Shown here one piece after another: positions 47,545-57,783 of a DNA stretch of 64,000 nt; position 1 is the stretch's first letter; each line of letters opens with the position of its first letter. Location: the NCBI GenBank assembly GCA_964447175.1, contig CAYURP010000001.1:78208-142207 (forward strand), given 5' to 3'. This DNA is from an uncultured Ignavibacteria bacterium (GTDB lineage Bacteria; Zixibacteria; MSB-5A5; SM23-73-2). The notes under the pieces were generated by a model, which ran no database searches, was not told the origin of the DNA, and worked only from the letters and a program-made list of their open reading frames with translations. Made by a program: the position numbers and the translations under genes.

Positions 47545-48062
47545 GACTCCTTTCGGTTTAAGGATTAACGTTTAAGGTAAATATCTGATATTTGTCCTTT
47601 TTGTCAAGTAGTTTTTATGGTTACAGATGCCTACATGTTAAGAGAGGATACGATTTTATCCCTGCCAGCACGAATAGAATTCGTGCCTACAATTGCTCAT
47701 CAGATTTTTCGTGGTGTTGGGTCCCCAGACCCGACAGATAATTGGGCTTTCCCGTCAGGTCAGGGGACCTGGCGGCACCAATACGGTCTCCTCTACATAA
47801 TAAAAAGCCCACCTTGAGGCAAGGTGGGCTACCGGATCCCGACCCCTGGAAAACTAAAGTTTTCCTCTACATATTAAAACCCTGAGTGCTTTTGTAGTTG
47901 CCCAATTCATTGGGCTTCTTTTAGCCGATTAATCGGCAAACTACAAATTTGCTTGACAAATCAAGTGACTACAAGTCTGTTTCATCTGTTGGGAATCTCT
48001 ATAGGATGGGATTTATCCCCTCTCTTCCCTTGGAAAACTGAAGTTTTCCGCTACATTTTAAA
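47545..48062. repeat. Mosaic repeat array: H6 (47659-47709), H3 (47706-47779), H1 (47802-47833), H2 (47833-47873), H4 (47889-47965), H5 (47975-48020) and H2 (48017-48056).
   Basis: Direct inspection. Confidence 0.8.
47802..47833 (-). terminator. Rho-independent terminator (H1 hairpin), about 230 nt downstream of the minus-strand gene 48066..49541.
   Basis: The minus strand reads 'ggtagcccaccttgcctcaaggtgggcttttta'. Confidence 0.45.
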
Positions 48063-48065
48063 ATT

Positions 48066-49541
48066 TCAGCGGGCAAGGAGCTTTTCGATTTTTTGGGCCA
48101 CCATGCTTGCAGCTCCGTCGTAATTTGCCATTACCGCAGCGGTATAACCATTATCCAGATACATATCCAGGTTGGCATTGATGCCCGGCGCTCCTCCACC
48201 GTGGCCGATTATCCGCTGACCGTTTACCATTCGATCCTGGAAAAGATAGGCATACATTGTACCGGGTCCCCTCTGGGTCTTGCCTGTGGTCAGGGTATCA
48301 AAGGACTCCCTGTTAATAAGCTTATTTGAACGCAAAGCTATGTCGAATTTCAAAAGGTCTTCCACTGTTGAAAACCCCCCTCCAGCCGGTCCGCCCTTGA
48401 CTGTATGCATGAATAGATTATTACGCCATTTGCTGTCGGGACCGCGATTTCCCTCATAATCCATTTTAGTATAACCTATGGCCAGATTGGGCACCGGAGT
48501 ATCCATTTCATAGCAGTCGGTATTGATCATTCCAGCAGGTTTAGAGATGTTCTCCCTGATGTAATCGTAGTAGTCCTGGCCAGTAACTTTCTCAATAATC
48601 ATTCCCAGAACAATGGGTCCGGAATTGCTGTAATGAAAGTCCGTGCCTGGCTCGAAAAGCAAGGTGTCGTCGAAAGCCAGCTCCCCCAGCTGACTTACGG
48701 TCTTGATCTCCCACCAGGGTGCATCAAATATCTCATCCCAGTAATCCTGCATTCCGGAGGTATGGCTCAAAAGATGATGAATGGTTACCTTTTCTGCAAT
48801 CTCCTTGCGAGGCAGATCGAGCAAGTATTTGCCCACAGGATCATTTAAAGATATTTTCCCCTGCTCCACCAGCTGCATAATTGCCACTCCGGTGAACATC
48901 TTGTTCATTGATCCCAGGTTGAATTTGGTGTCCAGCTGAATGGGGACATTGTATCGCTTGCTTGCCAGACCGTATGCCCGGGTGTAAAACGGTTTGCCGT
49001 TTTTTGCGATCAAAACAGTCCCTGAAAACCGATCATTGGAGACCAAGTGATCCAGATAACGGTCGAGAAAGTCAACCATCTCCTGATGCGTCAACTCGCC
49101 TTCCGGTACTTCAAATCCGGGTTCTTCCCCGGGCCGGACAGAGAGCCGGTCCAGCTTGTGGGGAGGGAGCGTATCGACCATTATTGTTAGATCAACCCAC
49201 TCCATCTCACCGTCGGGATTTTTAGCTTGTAAAAGCACCGAGAGGGAGTAATTCTCTGAATCCCCAATCCGATAAAGTGTCGCACCGCCCAGATCAGAAT
49301 AGACCTGCTTGAAAAACTCTAAACGCTTCTCAAAGGCGCCCTCCCGCTCTTTCCAGTGATCTTTGATGAAGCTTTTCCACTGATCCTCATCACCAGAGTT
49401 GAATGAATTTAAAAGAATTGTTAATAACCTGCCCGCAGGAGTATCTGGTATCTCAGGCTGAGAAGCCTGAACGCTTGAGGAAAATAAAAGGACAATTACT
49501 AAGATACAGAAGATAAGTTTACAATTACCTGGTCTATACAT
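48066..49541 (-). CDS. Secreted serine hydrolase of the beta-lactamase/PBP4*-like family, with an extra N-terminal domain.
   Basis: Signal peptide. 'LGSMNKMFTGVAIMQL' (SxxK) and 'FHYSNSG' (YxN). Confidence 0.8.
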   Translation of the reverse strand: MYRPGNCKLIFCILVIVLLFSSSVQASQPEIPDTPAGRLLTILLNSFNSGDEDQWKSFIKDHWKEREGAFEKRLEFFKQVYSDLGGATLYRIGDSENYSLSVLLQAKNPDGEMEWVDLTIMVDTLPPHKLDRLSVRPGEEPGFEVPEGELTHQEMVDFLDRYLDHLVSNDRFSGTVLIAKNGKPFYTRAYGLASKRYNVPIQLDTKFNLGSMNKMFTGVAIMQLVEQGKISLNDPVGKYLLDLPRKEIAEKVTIHHLLSHTSGMQDYWDEIFDAPWWEIKTVSQLGELAFDDTLLFEPGTDFHYSNSGPIVLGMIIEKVTGQDYYDYIRENISKPAGMINTDCYEMDTPVPNLAIGYTKMDYEGNRGPDSKWRNNLFMHTVKGGPAGGGFSTVEDLLKFDIALRSNKLINRESFDTLTTGKTQRGPGTMYAYLFQDRMVNGQRIIGHGGGAPGINANLDMYLDNGYTAAVMANYDGAASMVAQKIEKLLAR

Positions 49542-49761
49542 ATTACCTCCTTTCTAAGGGGAATAAAATAACAAAATCTAAGCTCAATTCCTCCACTTTT
49601 TTAAATATTTACAAAAAAATCTGGATGAAGTTCCAATGCTTTGTGATTTTTTGAAAATAATGCTTTTAAATTTATATTTTAGAATCCAATTGACTTTTTG
49701 AAAAAGACAGGTAAAATGAAAAAAAGATACTATTAATAAAAATTATTTCTGGAGTTATAAT

Positions 49762-50727
49762 ATGAACAATGACCGAATAAACTTGATACCAAATATTGAG
49801 GACATTAAAAAAGCTTTTGAAAGGATCAAGCCATTCATAAAAAGAACCCCTGTATTAACCTGCAAAAGCCTGGACCAGATTACAGGTGCTGAGCTTTTTT
49901 TCAAATGTGAGAACTTTCAGAAAGTGGGTGCCTTCAAATTTCGCGGGGCAGTCAATGCTGTTTTCTCCCTTACTGAGGAGGAAGCTAAACGGGGTGTGGC
50001 TACCCATTCCTCAGGAAATCATGCCCAGGCTTTAGCTCTGGCAGCTAAAATCAGGGGTATAAAAGCATATATAGCTATGCCTAAAAGCGCTCCTCAGGTG
50101 AAAATAGACGCGGTGAAGGGGTATGGAGGAGAGATAATACCCTGTGAGCCCACATTGAAATCCAGGGAGGAGACCTTAAAGCAGGTGGTTAAAGATACTG
50201 GTGCTGTTTTTATACATTCATCCAATGACCATCGGGTAATAGCTGGTCAGGGAACTGCATCTCTGGAGCTTTTGGAGGAGGTCGAAAACCTGGATGCGGT
50301 TATGGTTCCAGTGGGTGGAGGAGGACTTTTAGGCGGAACAGCACTGACTTTTTCCAGCCTTTCACCTTCTACTAAGGTCATCGGGGTGGAACCAGAAGGT
50401 GCAGATGACGCCTACCGATCTTTCGCACAAAAAATATTGATCCCCTCGACAAACCCCAGAACCATAGCAGATGGTCTTTTAACCTCGCTGGGTGATCTTA
50501 CTTTTCCCATCATGAGAAGACACGTGCACCAGATGGTAACTGTAGGCGAAGATGCCATAGTGTCCTCTATGCGTCTTATCTGGGAACGAATGAAGATCGT
50601 TATCGAGCCCTCATCCGCTGTTCCTTTTGCTGCTTTCTTGGAAAATAAAATTAACCTCAAGGGTAAAAGAGTAGGGATTGTAATCTCCGGTGGGAATGTT
50701 GATCTGGACAAACTTCCCTGGGTTTAG
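49762..50727 (+). CDS. PLP-dependent threonine/serine dehydratase (TdcB/IlvA catabolic-type or serine racemase-like, fold type II).
   Basis: 'CENFQKVGAFKFRGA' (PLP Lys), 'HSSGNHAQALA' and 'GGGGL'. Length 321 aa. Confidence 0.8.
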   Translation: MNNDRINLIPNIEDIKKAFERIKPFIKRTPVLTCKSLDQITGAELFFKCENFQKVGAFKFRGAVNAVFSLTEEEAKRGVATHSSGNHAQALALAAKIRGIKAYIAMPKSAPQVKIDAVKGYGGEIIPCEPTLKSREETLKQVVKDTGAVFIHSSNDHRVIAGQGTASLELLEEVENLDAVMVPVGGGGLLGGTALTFSSLSPSTKVIGVEPEGADDAYRSFAQKILIPSTNPRTIADGLLTSLGDLTFPIMRRHVHQMVTVGEDAIVSSMRLIWERMKIVIEPSSAVPFAAFLENKINLKGKRVGIVISGGNVDLDKLPWV

Positions 50728-50806
50728 TTATTGCTATAGAAATTAAATCTTATAAGCTCTGTATCCCTGAAATTCTTTAATGATACTTTAAACACAAGTA
50801 ATTAAA

Positions 50807-51307
50807 TTAAGTCTTTCCCAGTTTTCTTATAATACCCAGAATAATATTAAATCTGGGAACTTTCATCATATATTCTTCATACTTTTTGCCAAATTTTTCA
50901 ATACCTGAGCTGTCTCCCTCTAAACCACCCAGATAAAATATAATCACAATTGGAATTCCCAGGATTATGACTAACCAATGCTGGGAAATAAGTATGAATG
51001 CCAGACTCAGAAGCATCCCGGCTAAAAACTGGGGATGCCTGACCATGCTATAGATATTTGTATCCACCAACCTGGTGGTCTTTACATAGCTTTCCCCTTG
51101 TGGAACCCTTCCTTTTTTCTTGAAAACGTAGATGGGAAGCCATCCTAAAATGGCTGAGATTATCCAAAAACCCGTTCCGATTATCTTTAAGCTGGGGATT
51201 TTCCCGTGATTAAAATAAATGATAAAGAAAATAATCTGAGCAATCATTAAAACAGAGAGTATGCCGTGGAAAAGTATGTGAGTTGTTTTTTTCTTTTGAT
51301 TTTCCAT
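50807..51307 (-). CDS. Isoprenylcysteine carboxyl methyltransferase (ICMT)/PEMT-family membrane methyltransferase.
   Basis: Membrane protein of 4-5 TM helices with the 'MVRHPQFLAGML' motif (RHPxY-like). Confidence 0.6.
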   Translation of the reverse strand: MENQKKKTTHILFHGILSVLMIAQIIFFIIYFNHGKIPSLKIIGTGFWIISAILGWLPIYVFKKKGRVPQGESYVKTTRLVDTNIYSMVRHPQFLAGMLLSLAFILISQHWLVIILGIPIVIIFYLGGLEGDSSGIEKFGKKYEEYMMKVPRFNIILGIIRKLGKT

Positions 51308-51526
51308 TCTTTTTCTCTCAGTTATATTTTACATACGCAATTGATTTCTATTTTCCAAGGAATTATCTCTGAATGCATAACGCTGTTAATTCTATGAAAT
51401 GAATTCCAGGTAAAAGGATTATTTGACATTATTTAGTTCTTGTCGAATCAATTTTTTGACTATACATTCTTCTGGATATTTAAAGGTAAGAATAACATAA
51501 TCTAATGCTCTAATTTAAAACACTAA

Positions 51527-52633
51527 ATGTGGAGGCAAGGTATGGAAAGAATAGTTTTGTTTTTTGCAATTTGTTTATTGGGGCTGATTATTTTTTGCTC
51601 AACCGTTGCATCTGAAGAAAATCAACCCGGGCTTTCACTGAGAGAAACCTTTGACATCTATGTCAAATCGATTCAAAAATCAGACCTGGAAGGACTTTTT
51701 ACCACTGTAACCGACGGTAACGATTTCTTTTTCCTTACTGCTGACGGGAAAATCCTTGATCGCGATGAATACTACAAGTTTCATCAGGACTGGTTCAAAG
51801 AAACCGATTGGGAAATGCCCGTGGAGGTGCTGAAGGTTGAAGAAGGAAAAGAACACGGCTATACAAACGCAATTTTCTATTATAGAGCTAAAACTACCGA
51901 TGGCAACATTTACAACCTGGATTCCTATTTCACCATGATCTTCCGCAAGGAGGATGGGATGTGGAAGGTGGTGGCAGATGTTTGTACTCCCATCAAACGA
52001 TACATAATCCTACCTGATTCGGATGTCAAGTATGATATGGATCAGATGTATCTTTTCGATATCATAAAGAATCGCCGCACCGTGCGAAAATTCAAACCCA
52101 CCCCGGTCCCTGATAAACATATTAAAAAGATCCTGAATGCAGCCCGTTATGCCCCCACTGCAGGGAATGCCCAACCCTGGAAGTTTGTGGTGATTCAGAA
52201 CAGGCAGCGCCTGTATTCGCTCTCTGAACTGCTCAAAAGATCCTGGGAGGAGAGAGTAAATGCACATCAGGATTTGGATGCAGAAAAAAAGAGATCCTAT
52301 ATAGAGGGTGGTAAAGAATCCATCCAAAATGTAATGACTGCACCGGTCTATATAATGGCCTTCGTGGACTCAACAGCTTATCCTAAATACGCTTTGTGGG
52401 ATGGTTGTCTGGCTGTGGAGAACCTTATGCTGGCTGCTAAAGCTTTAGGATATGGAACCGGATTTTTCACCACCTATTTTCCCGAAGAAGTGGTGAAACC
52501 ATTTGTCAAAGCACCAGATAACCTTCAGTTTCTGTGTGCCACCCCTGTGGGTATGCCGGAGGAATGGCCAGAGATGCCCCAGAAAAAGGATCTGGAGGAA
52601 TTTATCATCTATGATAGTTTTGGGACAGAGTGA
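51527..52633 (+). CDS. Fusion protein with an N-terminal NTF2/SnoaL-like (DUF4440-like) domain and a C-terminal nitroreductase domain.
   Basis: Signal/TM at the N-terminus. The C-terminal half has 'RRTVRKFKPTPVPDKHIKKILNAARYAPTAGNAQPWKFVVI', the nitroreductase FMN-site. Confidence 0.7.
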   Translation: MWRQGMERIVLFFAICLLGLIIFCSTVASEENQPGLSLRETFDIYVKSIQKSDLEGLFTTVTDGNDFFFLTADGKILDRDEYYKFHQDWFKETDWEMPVEVLKVEEGKEHGYTNAIFYYRAKTTDGNIYNLDSYFTMIFRKEDGMWKVVADVCTPIKRYIILPDSDVKYDMDQMYLFDIIKNRRTVRKFKPTPVPDKHIKKILNAARYAPTAGNAQPWKFVVIQNRQRLYSLSELLKRSWEERVNAHQDLDAEKKRSYIEGGKESIQNVMTAPVYIMAFVDSTAYPKYALWDGCLAVENLMLAAKALGYGTGFFTTYFPEEVVKPFVKAPDNLQFLCATPVGMPEEWPEMPQKKDLEEFIIYDSFGTE

Positions 52634-52763
52634 GACTGTGCATTTACTCAGCCAATCTTAAGCAGGAGATGATCTGCCAAATAAAAATCAAGTCATTTCA
52701 TTAAAGAATGAACTTTTAGAAACGTATGCATATTAATTCGTTTTAAACTACTGAAGATATACA

Positions 52764-53384
52764 ATGTTTGAGTTTATCATAAGTTCTTTGGCTGCTATTT
52801 TCGTGGTTATGGATCCTCTGGGAGCCATACCAGTGTTTTTGGTGACCACTGAGGGGGATACACCGGAGAAACGAAATAGAATTATCAAACGAGCCTGCTG
52901 GGGTGCTTTCATTATTTTGGTTGCTTTTGCCCTTCTGGGTGCAGTGATATTCAGAATTTTTGGGATAACCTTCGCTGCCTTCAGGATTGCTGGAGGTATT
53001 CTGCTTCTCAAGGTATCCCTGGATATGCTTTACGCCAGAAGGCCAGGAAGCCACATCACCATAGGTGAGGAGAAGGACGCAGCGCAAAAAGAGGACGTAG
53101 CTATTGTCCCTTTAGCCATGCCCATGCTCAGCGGTCCTGCCACCATTGCCACAGTTTTAGTTCTTATGGAGAAATCCAGCTCCACGCTCCAGTCAGCTAT
53201 TGTGATTATCTCAATTTTTTTGGTCTGTTTGCTTACTTACGTTATCTTAAGAAGTTCAAACCTAATTTTCCGCAAATTAGGGCAAACCGGTGTGAATATC
53301 CTTGTTAGGATAATGGGTTTGATCCTTCTGGCCTTGGCCATACAATTTGTATTCGACGGCATAAAGCAGATGCTTTTCAAATGA
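52764..53384 (+). CDS. marC: MarC-family integral membrane protein (UPF0056).
   Basis: 206 aa with 6 TM helices. 'PLGAIPVFL' N-terminus and 'AMPMLSGPATIATV' are characteristic. Confidence 0.75.
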   Translation: MFEFIISSLAAIFVVMDPLGAIPVFLVTTEGDTPEKRNRIIKRACWGAFIILVAFALLGAVIFRIFGITFAAFRIAGGILLLKVSLDMLYARRPGSHITIGEEKDAAQKEDVAIVPLAMPMLSGPATIATVLVLMEKSSSTLQSAIVIISIFLVCLLTYVILRSSNLIFRKLGQTGVNILVRIMGLILLALAIQFVFDGIKQMLFK

Positions 53385-53511
53385 AGACAGATAGTTTGGA
53401 TAAATTTTGAAAAACCATCAAAGCAATTAACAAATGAGTTTTGGATTGAGTTATTGGCATCTTATGGTCAATTAAATATTTAGTTCAACCGGCCTAACTA
53501 GTTTCACCAGG

Positions 53512-54225
53512 ATGAAAAATAGTGAGAAATATTCAGCAATAAAAAATGAATTGCTTGCTAAAGGAGCCTCGTTGGTTGGTTTTGCTGACTTGAGTAAAAT
53601 ACCATCTGATACTCGAGATTTTATGAGATATGCCCTTTCAATTGCTGTGGCCTTGGATCCGACTATAATAGCTGGTATTCGTAAAGGTCCGACCCAAAAG
53701 TATCGTCTGGAGTATAAAAGAGTTAATGCACTTCTATCGAAATTAGCTGATTATGCAGCGGGTATGTTAAGGGACTGGGGATATAAAGCGATTCCCAAAG
53801 CCCCTACCAATGTGGGAATCGATCCAAAGACCCAGAGCACGATTCTTCCTCATAAAACCGTTGCTACCCGGGCGGGATTGGGGTGGATAGGTAAATGTGC
53901 GCTTTTGGTTACTAAGGAATTTGGTACTGCCATTAGGCTTACCTCGGTTCTTACGGATGCTGAGTTAGAAACAGCGATTCCCACGGATCAATCGTTATGC
54001 GGTGATTGTGAAGATTGCGTGAAACTCTGTCCCGGAGGTGCTGCCTCAGGAAAAAACTGGAGTGTGAACCTAAATCGAGATTCGTTCTTCGATGCTTTTG
54101 CCTGTGCCAGTGCTGCCAGAGAATGTGCAATAAAAAGGATTGATATCGACGATACCATCTGCGGGATCTGTATTTCAGTCTGTCCCTGGACTGAAAAATA
54201 TATTAAGAATAAAACGGGCAAATAA
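53512..54225 (+). CDS. 4Fe-4S cluster-binding protein (QueG/RdhA-related N-domain plus two ferredoxin-type Cys motifs).
   Basis: 'CGDCEDCVKLCP' and 'CGICISVCPW'. Confidence 0.4.
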   Translation: MKNSEKYSAIKNELLAKGASLVGFADLSKIPSDTRDFMRYALSIAVALDPTIIAGIRKGPTQKYRLEYKRVNALLSKLADYAAGMLRDWGYKAIPKAPTNVGIDPKTQSTILPHKTVATRAGLGWIGKCALLVTKEFGTAIRLTSVLTDAELETAIPTDQSLCGDCEDCVKLCPGGAASGKNWSVNLNRDSFFDAFACASAARECAIKRIDIDDTICGICISVCPWTEKYIKNKTGK

Positions 54226-54346
54226 CAGAAAATTGAAAAAAGCCATATGTGAACTAATGCTGGGGCTGGGATGGTGTTTGAGTACAAAAAAGACCGAATG
54301 GTTTTTAAACCATCCGGTCTTGGATTATAAATTAGTCTTTTTTGAG

Positions 54347-56506
54347 TTAGAAGCCTATGCGGACCCCGGTTCGGATGATGTAGAGCGAGCCGGTTTCTAT
54401 CCCGTATACATATCCTTCATCATCAGTCAAATCATAATAAACAGCATCAGCAGTGAAAGAGACCTTTTCTGTGATTTTGTATTCCCCACCAAATGAGAGT
54501 TGATACTGAGTGTAAGCCAGATCGGAATAATCGATAATGGGGGTGTAGTCGTAATCTGCCGAAGCGACATTATCAAAAACCTCATCCGGAACCTCAGTCA
54601 TATCAGTTATATCCATTGTCCCTTTGCTGTTGATGAAGCTTCCGCTCAGTGTGAGATTTAATTTCTGTGTTGCCAGGAAAAGAATATTGGCGGAAAGGGT
54701 AAGGGCTTTGCTTTCATACTCGGTCTGGGCAAAAAAGGATCCGTAATGCTCTTGTTCGCCACCAACTGTGGCGTTAACCACGCCCCCTCACCCATCCATC
54801 ATGGCCACAGCTGCCAGGCCGTTGGATTTATTGTATATATAGCTCAGATTGCCGAAGAAATTCCATTTGGGGGTGGGTGTGAGATTAAACGAGAAAGTGG
54901 GCTGCAGTTTGGTCTGTTTTAGATCCAGAGTGTCAATGTCGCTGTTAGTTCCCAGGCTGGCCCTTAAACTGGCAGAAAGGCTGGCTTTGGGGCTGGGTCT
55001 CAGGTTTAGATTCAGCTCCACTCCGTTAACCAGGGTGGGTTGGTTGGTTACCTGTCCGTATCTCAATTCCTCACGCTGATAGTAATAGAAGGGTGAGGGA
55101 TAGTTCTTACCCGGATTTTCGAAGATCAGATTATAGGGGGCAGGATTTTTTATGCTTTCCAGGAAAAACTTAAGGAGCCCGGTGAATTTAGAAGTGGGCC
55201 GGTATTTTCCTCCTATGGAGAATTTGAGCTTATTGGTTTTTTCATCTGCGCCCGCTTCAGGATAGTCATCTCTTTTTATCTGCTGGTATCCTGCTGAAAA
55301 TGAAAGCCGGTATTTCCTCTGGGGCTGGTAGATGAATTCAGCTGAACCTTTAGCCTCGGTTCGGGTGAGATTGGAATAACGAATGAAGTCGAATTGTTCA
55401 GAATCTTCTAGTGCAGGATCTGTCTTCCCCCAAGGTGGATTGTCAACTCCTACTGTGTCGTTTTCGATTCGGTTTAGCGAGGCTTGTGCAATGAATTTGG
55501 TTTTTAAGCTGGGATTCACCACGTACTTCAAAGTCCCGCCGTTACTTTTAATTTCCAAGCCTTCGGAGATGTTCTTGGCCTGGGAGTTGGTGAAACTACC
55601 GAAAATTTTGCTTTTCCCCATTTGGGTTGAAACCTTGACCGTATGAGCCAGCTTCTGGTTCTGGGAGAGTTTGCCAAATGGGACCTCTTCTCCGCTGAAA
55701 ATAACCCTGCCCGAAAGATCAGTGCCATTGATGGGGTTTTGAGCTGTGTCGTAAAACGCAACTGGCACGGGCGCTTCCGATTTGAAAGAGCGAAAACTGA
55801 ACATATAGGACAGAAACACATTACTTGGATTAATTTCAAATCCCAGGGATGCGGAATGGGTGCGGCGGTCAACATCCACTGATTTGGAGACCAAATGGCA
55901 GGAGGAGCAGTGCATGGACACTATTTTTTGATCCTCCCCTTTCTCCAGAATGGAACGGTGAGCTGCAATGAGTTTCAGTTTGGCTTTGCCGGGCACTTTG
56001 ACTTCAAAGTCCGATTTTATCTGATGCCGGGTATAACCGAAATCGGCATTGGGAGTTTGATCCTCATGGGTAACCATTTTCCCTCCACCGGGTGGGGAGG
56101 CGGATTGATTTGTGGCCTCCCGGACCATCAGATTACTCAAAAGATCTTTCTCCCTCTGTCGGTAAAATGAACTATAGGATACCTTTCCGGATAGAACCTC
56201 TTTTGATCTTCCCGAAAGCTCAAGTGAAATTCTTTTGGAGTCGTAGTAATGCCCGGAGAACCAGAGATTTTTTTCACCTTTATAGCCGGAGTAATTCAGC
56301 AAAACCTCAGGTAAAGCACCCTCTTTTCCACTATCGAACTCTCCCACCTTTTTGTAGAAATCGTTGAGTCCGGTATAGTGACCCCCTAACCAGAGGCTCC
56401 AGCTGGAAAAACTTGGCTCATCCTGGGAGAATGTGGGAGAGGAGGAAATCAACAGCCCGACTATTATCAACAAACTAATTAAAACGCATACGTCTGTTTT
56501 TTTCAT
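54347..56506 (-). CDS. MtrB/PioB-family outer-membrane beta-barrel (porin partner of the decaheme cytochrome). It is interrupted by one in-frame TGA (minus-strand codon at plus 54788-54790).
   Basis: Signal peptide. The N-terminal CxxC ('MHCSSCH') is conserved in MtrB. About 719 aa if read through. The C-terminus ends in Phe ('RIGF*'), as in OM beta-barrels. The two listed ORFs (54788..56506 and 54347..54781) share one frame, separated only by the TGA. Confidence 0.6.
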
Positions 56507-56516
56507 ATTCCTCTCC

Positions 56517-57470
56517 TTATCTTGTTAATGCTTTTCCAGCACCTGAAGTGGACTGGGATGGAAGGTCGGATCCATGAATCTCGGAGTGGCACTGAGTGCA
56601 TTTGGTCAGAAAAGCTTCCTTCATGCCTTCCTTTGTGGATAAGCCTGACCTCTCAGGGTGCAGGGGAACTGTAAATTCTCCCTCCACTCCTAAAAGTGTG
56701 GTATGAAAATGCATGGAATGGCAGGACAAACACAAAAAGGGTTCGTTCTGCACAAGCATTTTGTCAGCCACGGTTCCGTGAGGGTCATGGCAGATTTTGC
56801 AGTCCTCATTGACCGGATCATGCTCGAAAATAAAGGGTCCCTGAAGAGAGGAGTGGCAGGAGAAACAGAGTTCGCGGCTATCGCCTCCGAAAGCGTGTTT
56901 AACTTCCCCGGAGTGAGGTGAATGACAATCCGAACAGCTGATCACGCCCTCCAAAACTGGATGATGTGAAGGCATCTGAGCCTGAGCCATCTTATCAGGA
57001 TGACAGCCAAAACAGAGCTGGGGCTGTGGTTTAGCTAAAAGACTCTTCTCCTGGGAGTGAATCCTGTGGCAGTCGCTGCATCCCCCTGCCATTTCGGAAT
57101 GGGTTGAGCCGAGCCAGGAAGTGAAATCTATACCCCGGTGACAATTAAGGCACAGGTTTACTCCAGTGCGGGTATAATCTCTGGCGGGATTAATAATCAA
57201 GGCTACATCTCCTTCCTCTGCGTGCCGGGAACCAGGACCATGACATGATTCACAGGTATTCCCATCTCCCACGGACAGGCGGGCATGGATATTATCTTTA
57301 AATCCCTCAGTGATATCCTCATGACAGGCTGAGCAAACCTCATCCCCCACCACCACTGCAGCGGGAGGGGAATCTCCCAATACATAAGCTGCTGAAATAA
57401 GAAGAAAAGAGAAGATGAAAAGATAAACCCCTACTTTAAATCGAAGTGGGGTGAATTTTAGAATTCTCAA
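56517..57470 (-). CDS. Periplasmic decaheme c-type cytochrome, MtrA/DmsE/PioA family.
   Basis: Signal peptide. Ten CxxCH motifs in 317 aa: CSACH, CESCH, CLNCH, CSDCH, CFGCH, CSDCH, CFSCH, CKICH, CLSCH, CTQCH. It lies immediately upstream of the MtrB-like gene. Confidence 0.85.
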   Translation of the reverse strand: MRILKFTPLRFKVGVYLFIFSFLLISAAYVLGDSPPAAVVVGDEVCSACHEDITEGFKDNIHARLSVGDGNTCESCHGPGSRHAEEGDVALIINPARDYTRTGVNLCLNCHRGIDFTSWLGSTHSEMAGGCSDCHRIHSQEKSLLAKPQPQLCFGCHPDKMAQAQMPSHHPVLEGVISCSDCHSPHSGEVKHAFGGDSRELCFSCHSSLQGPFIFEHDPVNEDCKICHDPHGTVADKMLVQNEPFLCLSCHSMHFHTTLLGVEGEFTVPLHPERSGLSTKEGMKEAFLTKCTQCHSEIHGSDLPSQSTSGAGKALTR

Positions 57471-57783
57471 TATATACCTCCTTTCCTTGTATGTATCAGG
57501 TCATTGTTTCTTGATTTGAACATTTCTATAAGCCTCTTGCATGAAGTAAATCTATATAATATTGCCAGATTACCTACATAGTATAACTTATTTTAGGAAT
57601 TGGTTATAATTTTGTCAAGGGGAAAATGAATTGAATACTGTGTTAATCTTGATTCTAAAACTTCTCAATCAAACATTCACAGCTTTAAATCATTGTCTTC
57701 TGATGGTTTAGAAATCATCACTAAAAAAGATTGACTCATTTTATTTTGGAATTATCTTTAGTTGAATATAGAACAAAAGAGCT

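Noticed and set aside
54788-54790. The in-frame TGA in the MtrB-like gene as evidence for an alternative genetic code (code 4 or 25)
   Set aside because: TGA terminates many clearly complete genes in this window (accA at 12464-12466, the Dpm1-like gene at 10609-10611, dnaX neighbours and others), with correct lengths. The global code is 11. The event is local.
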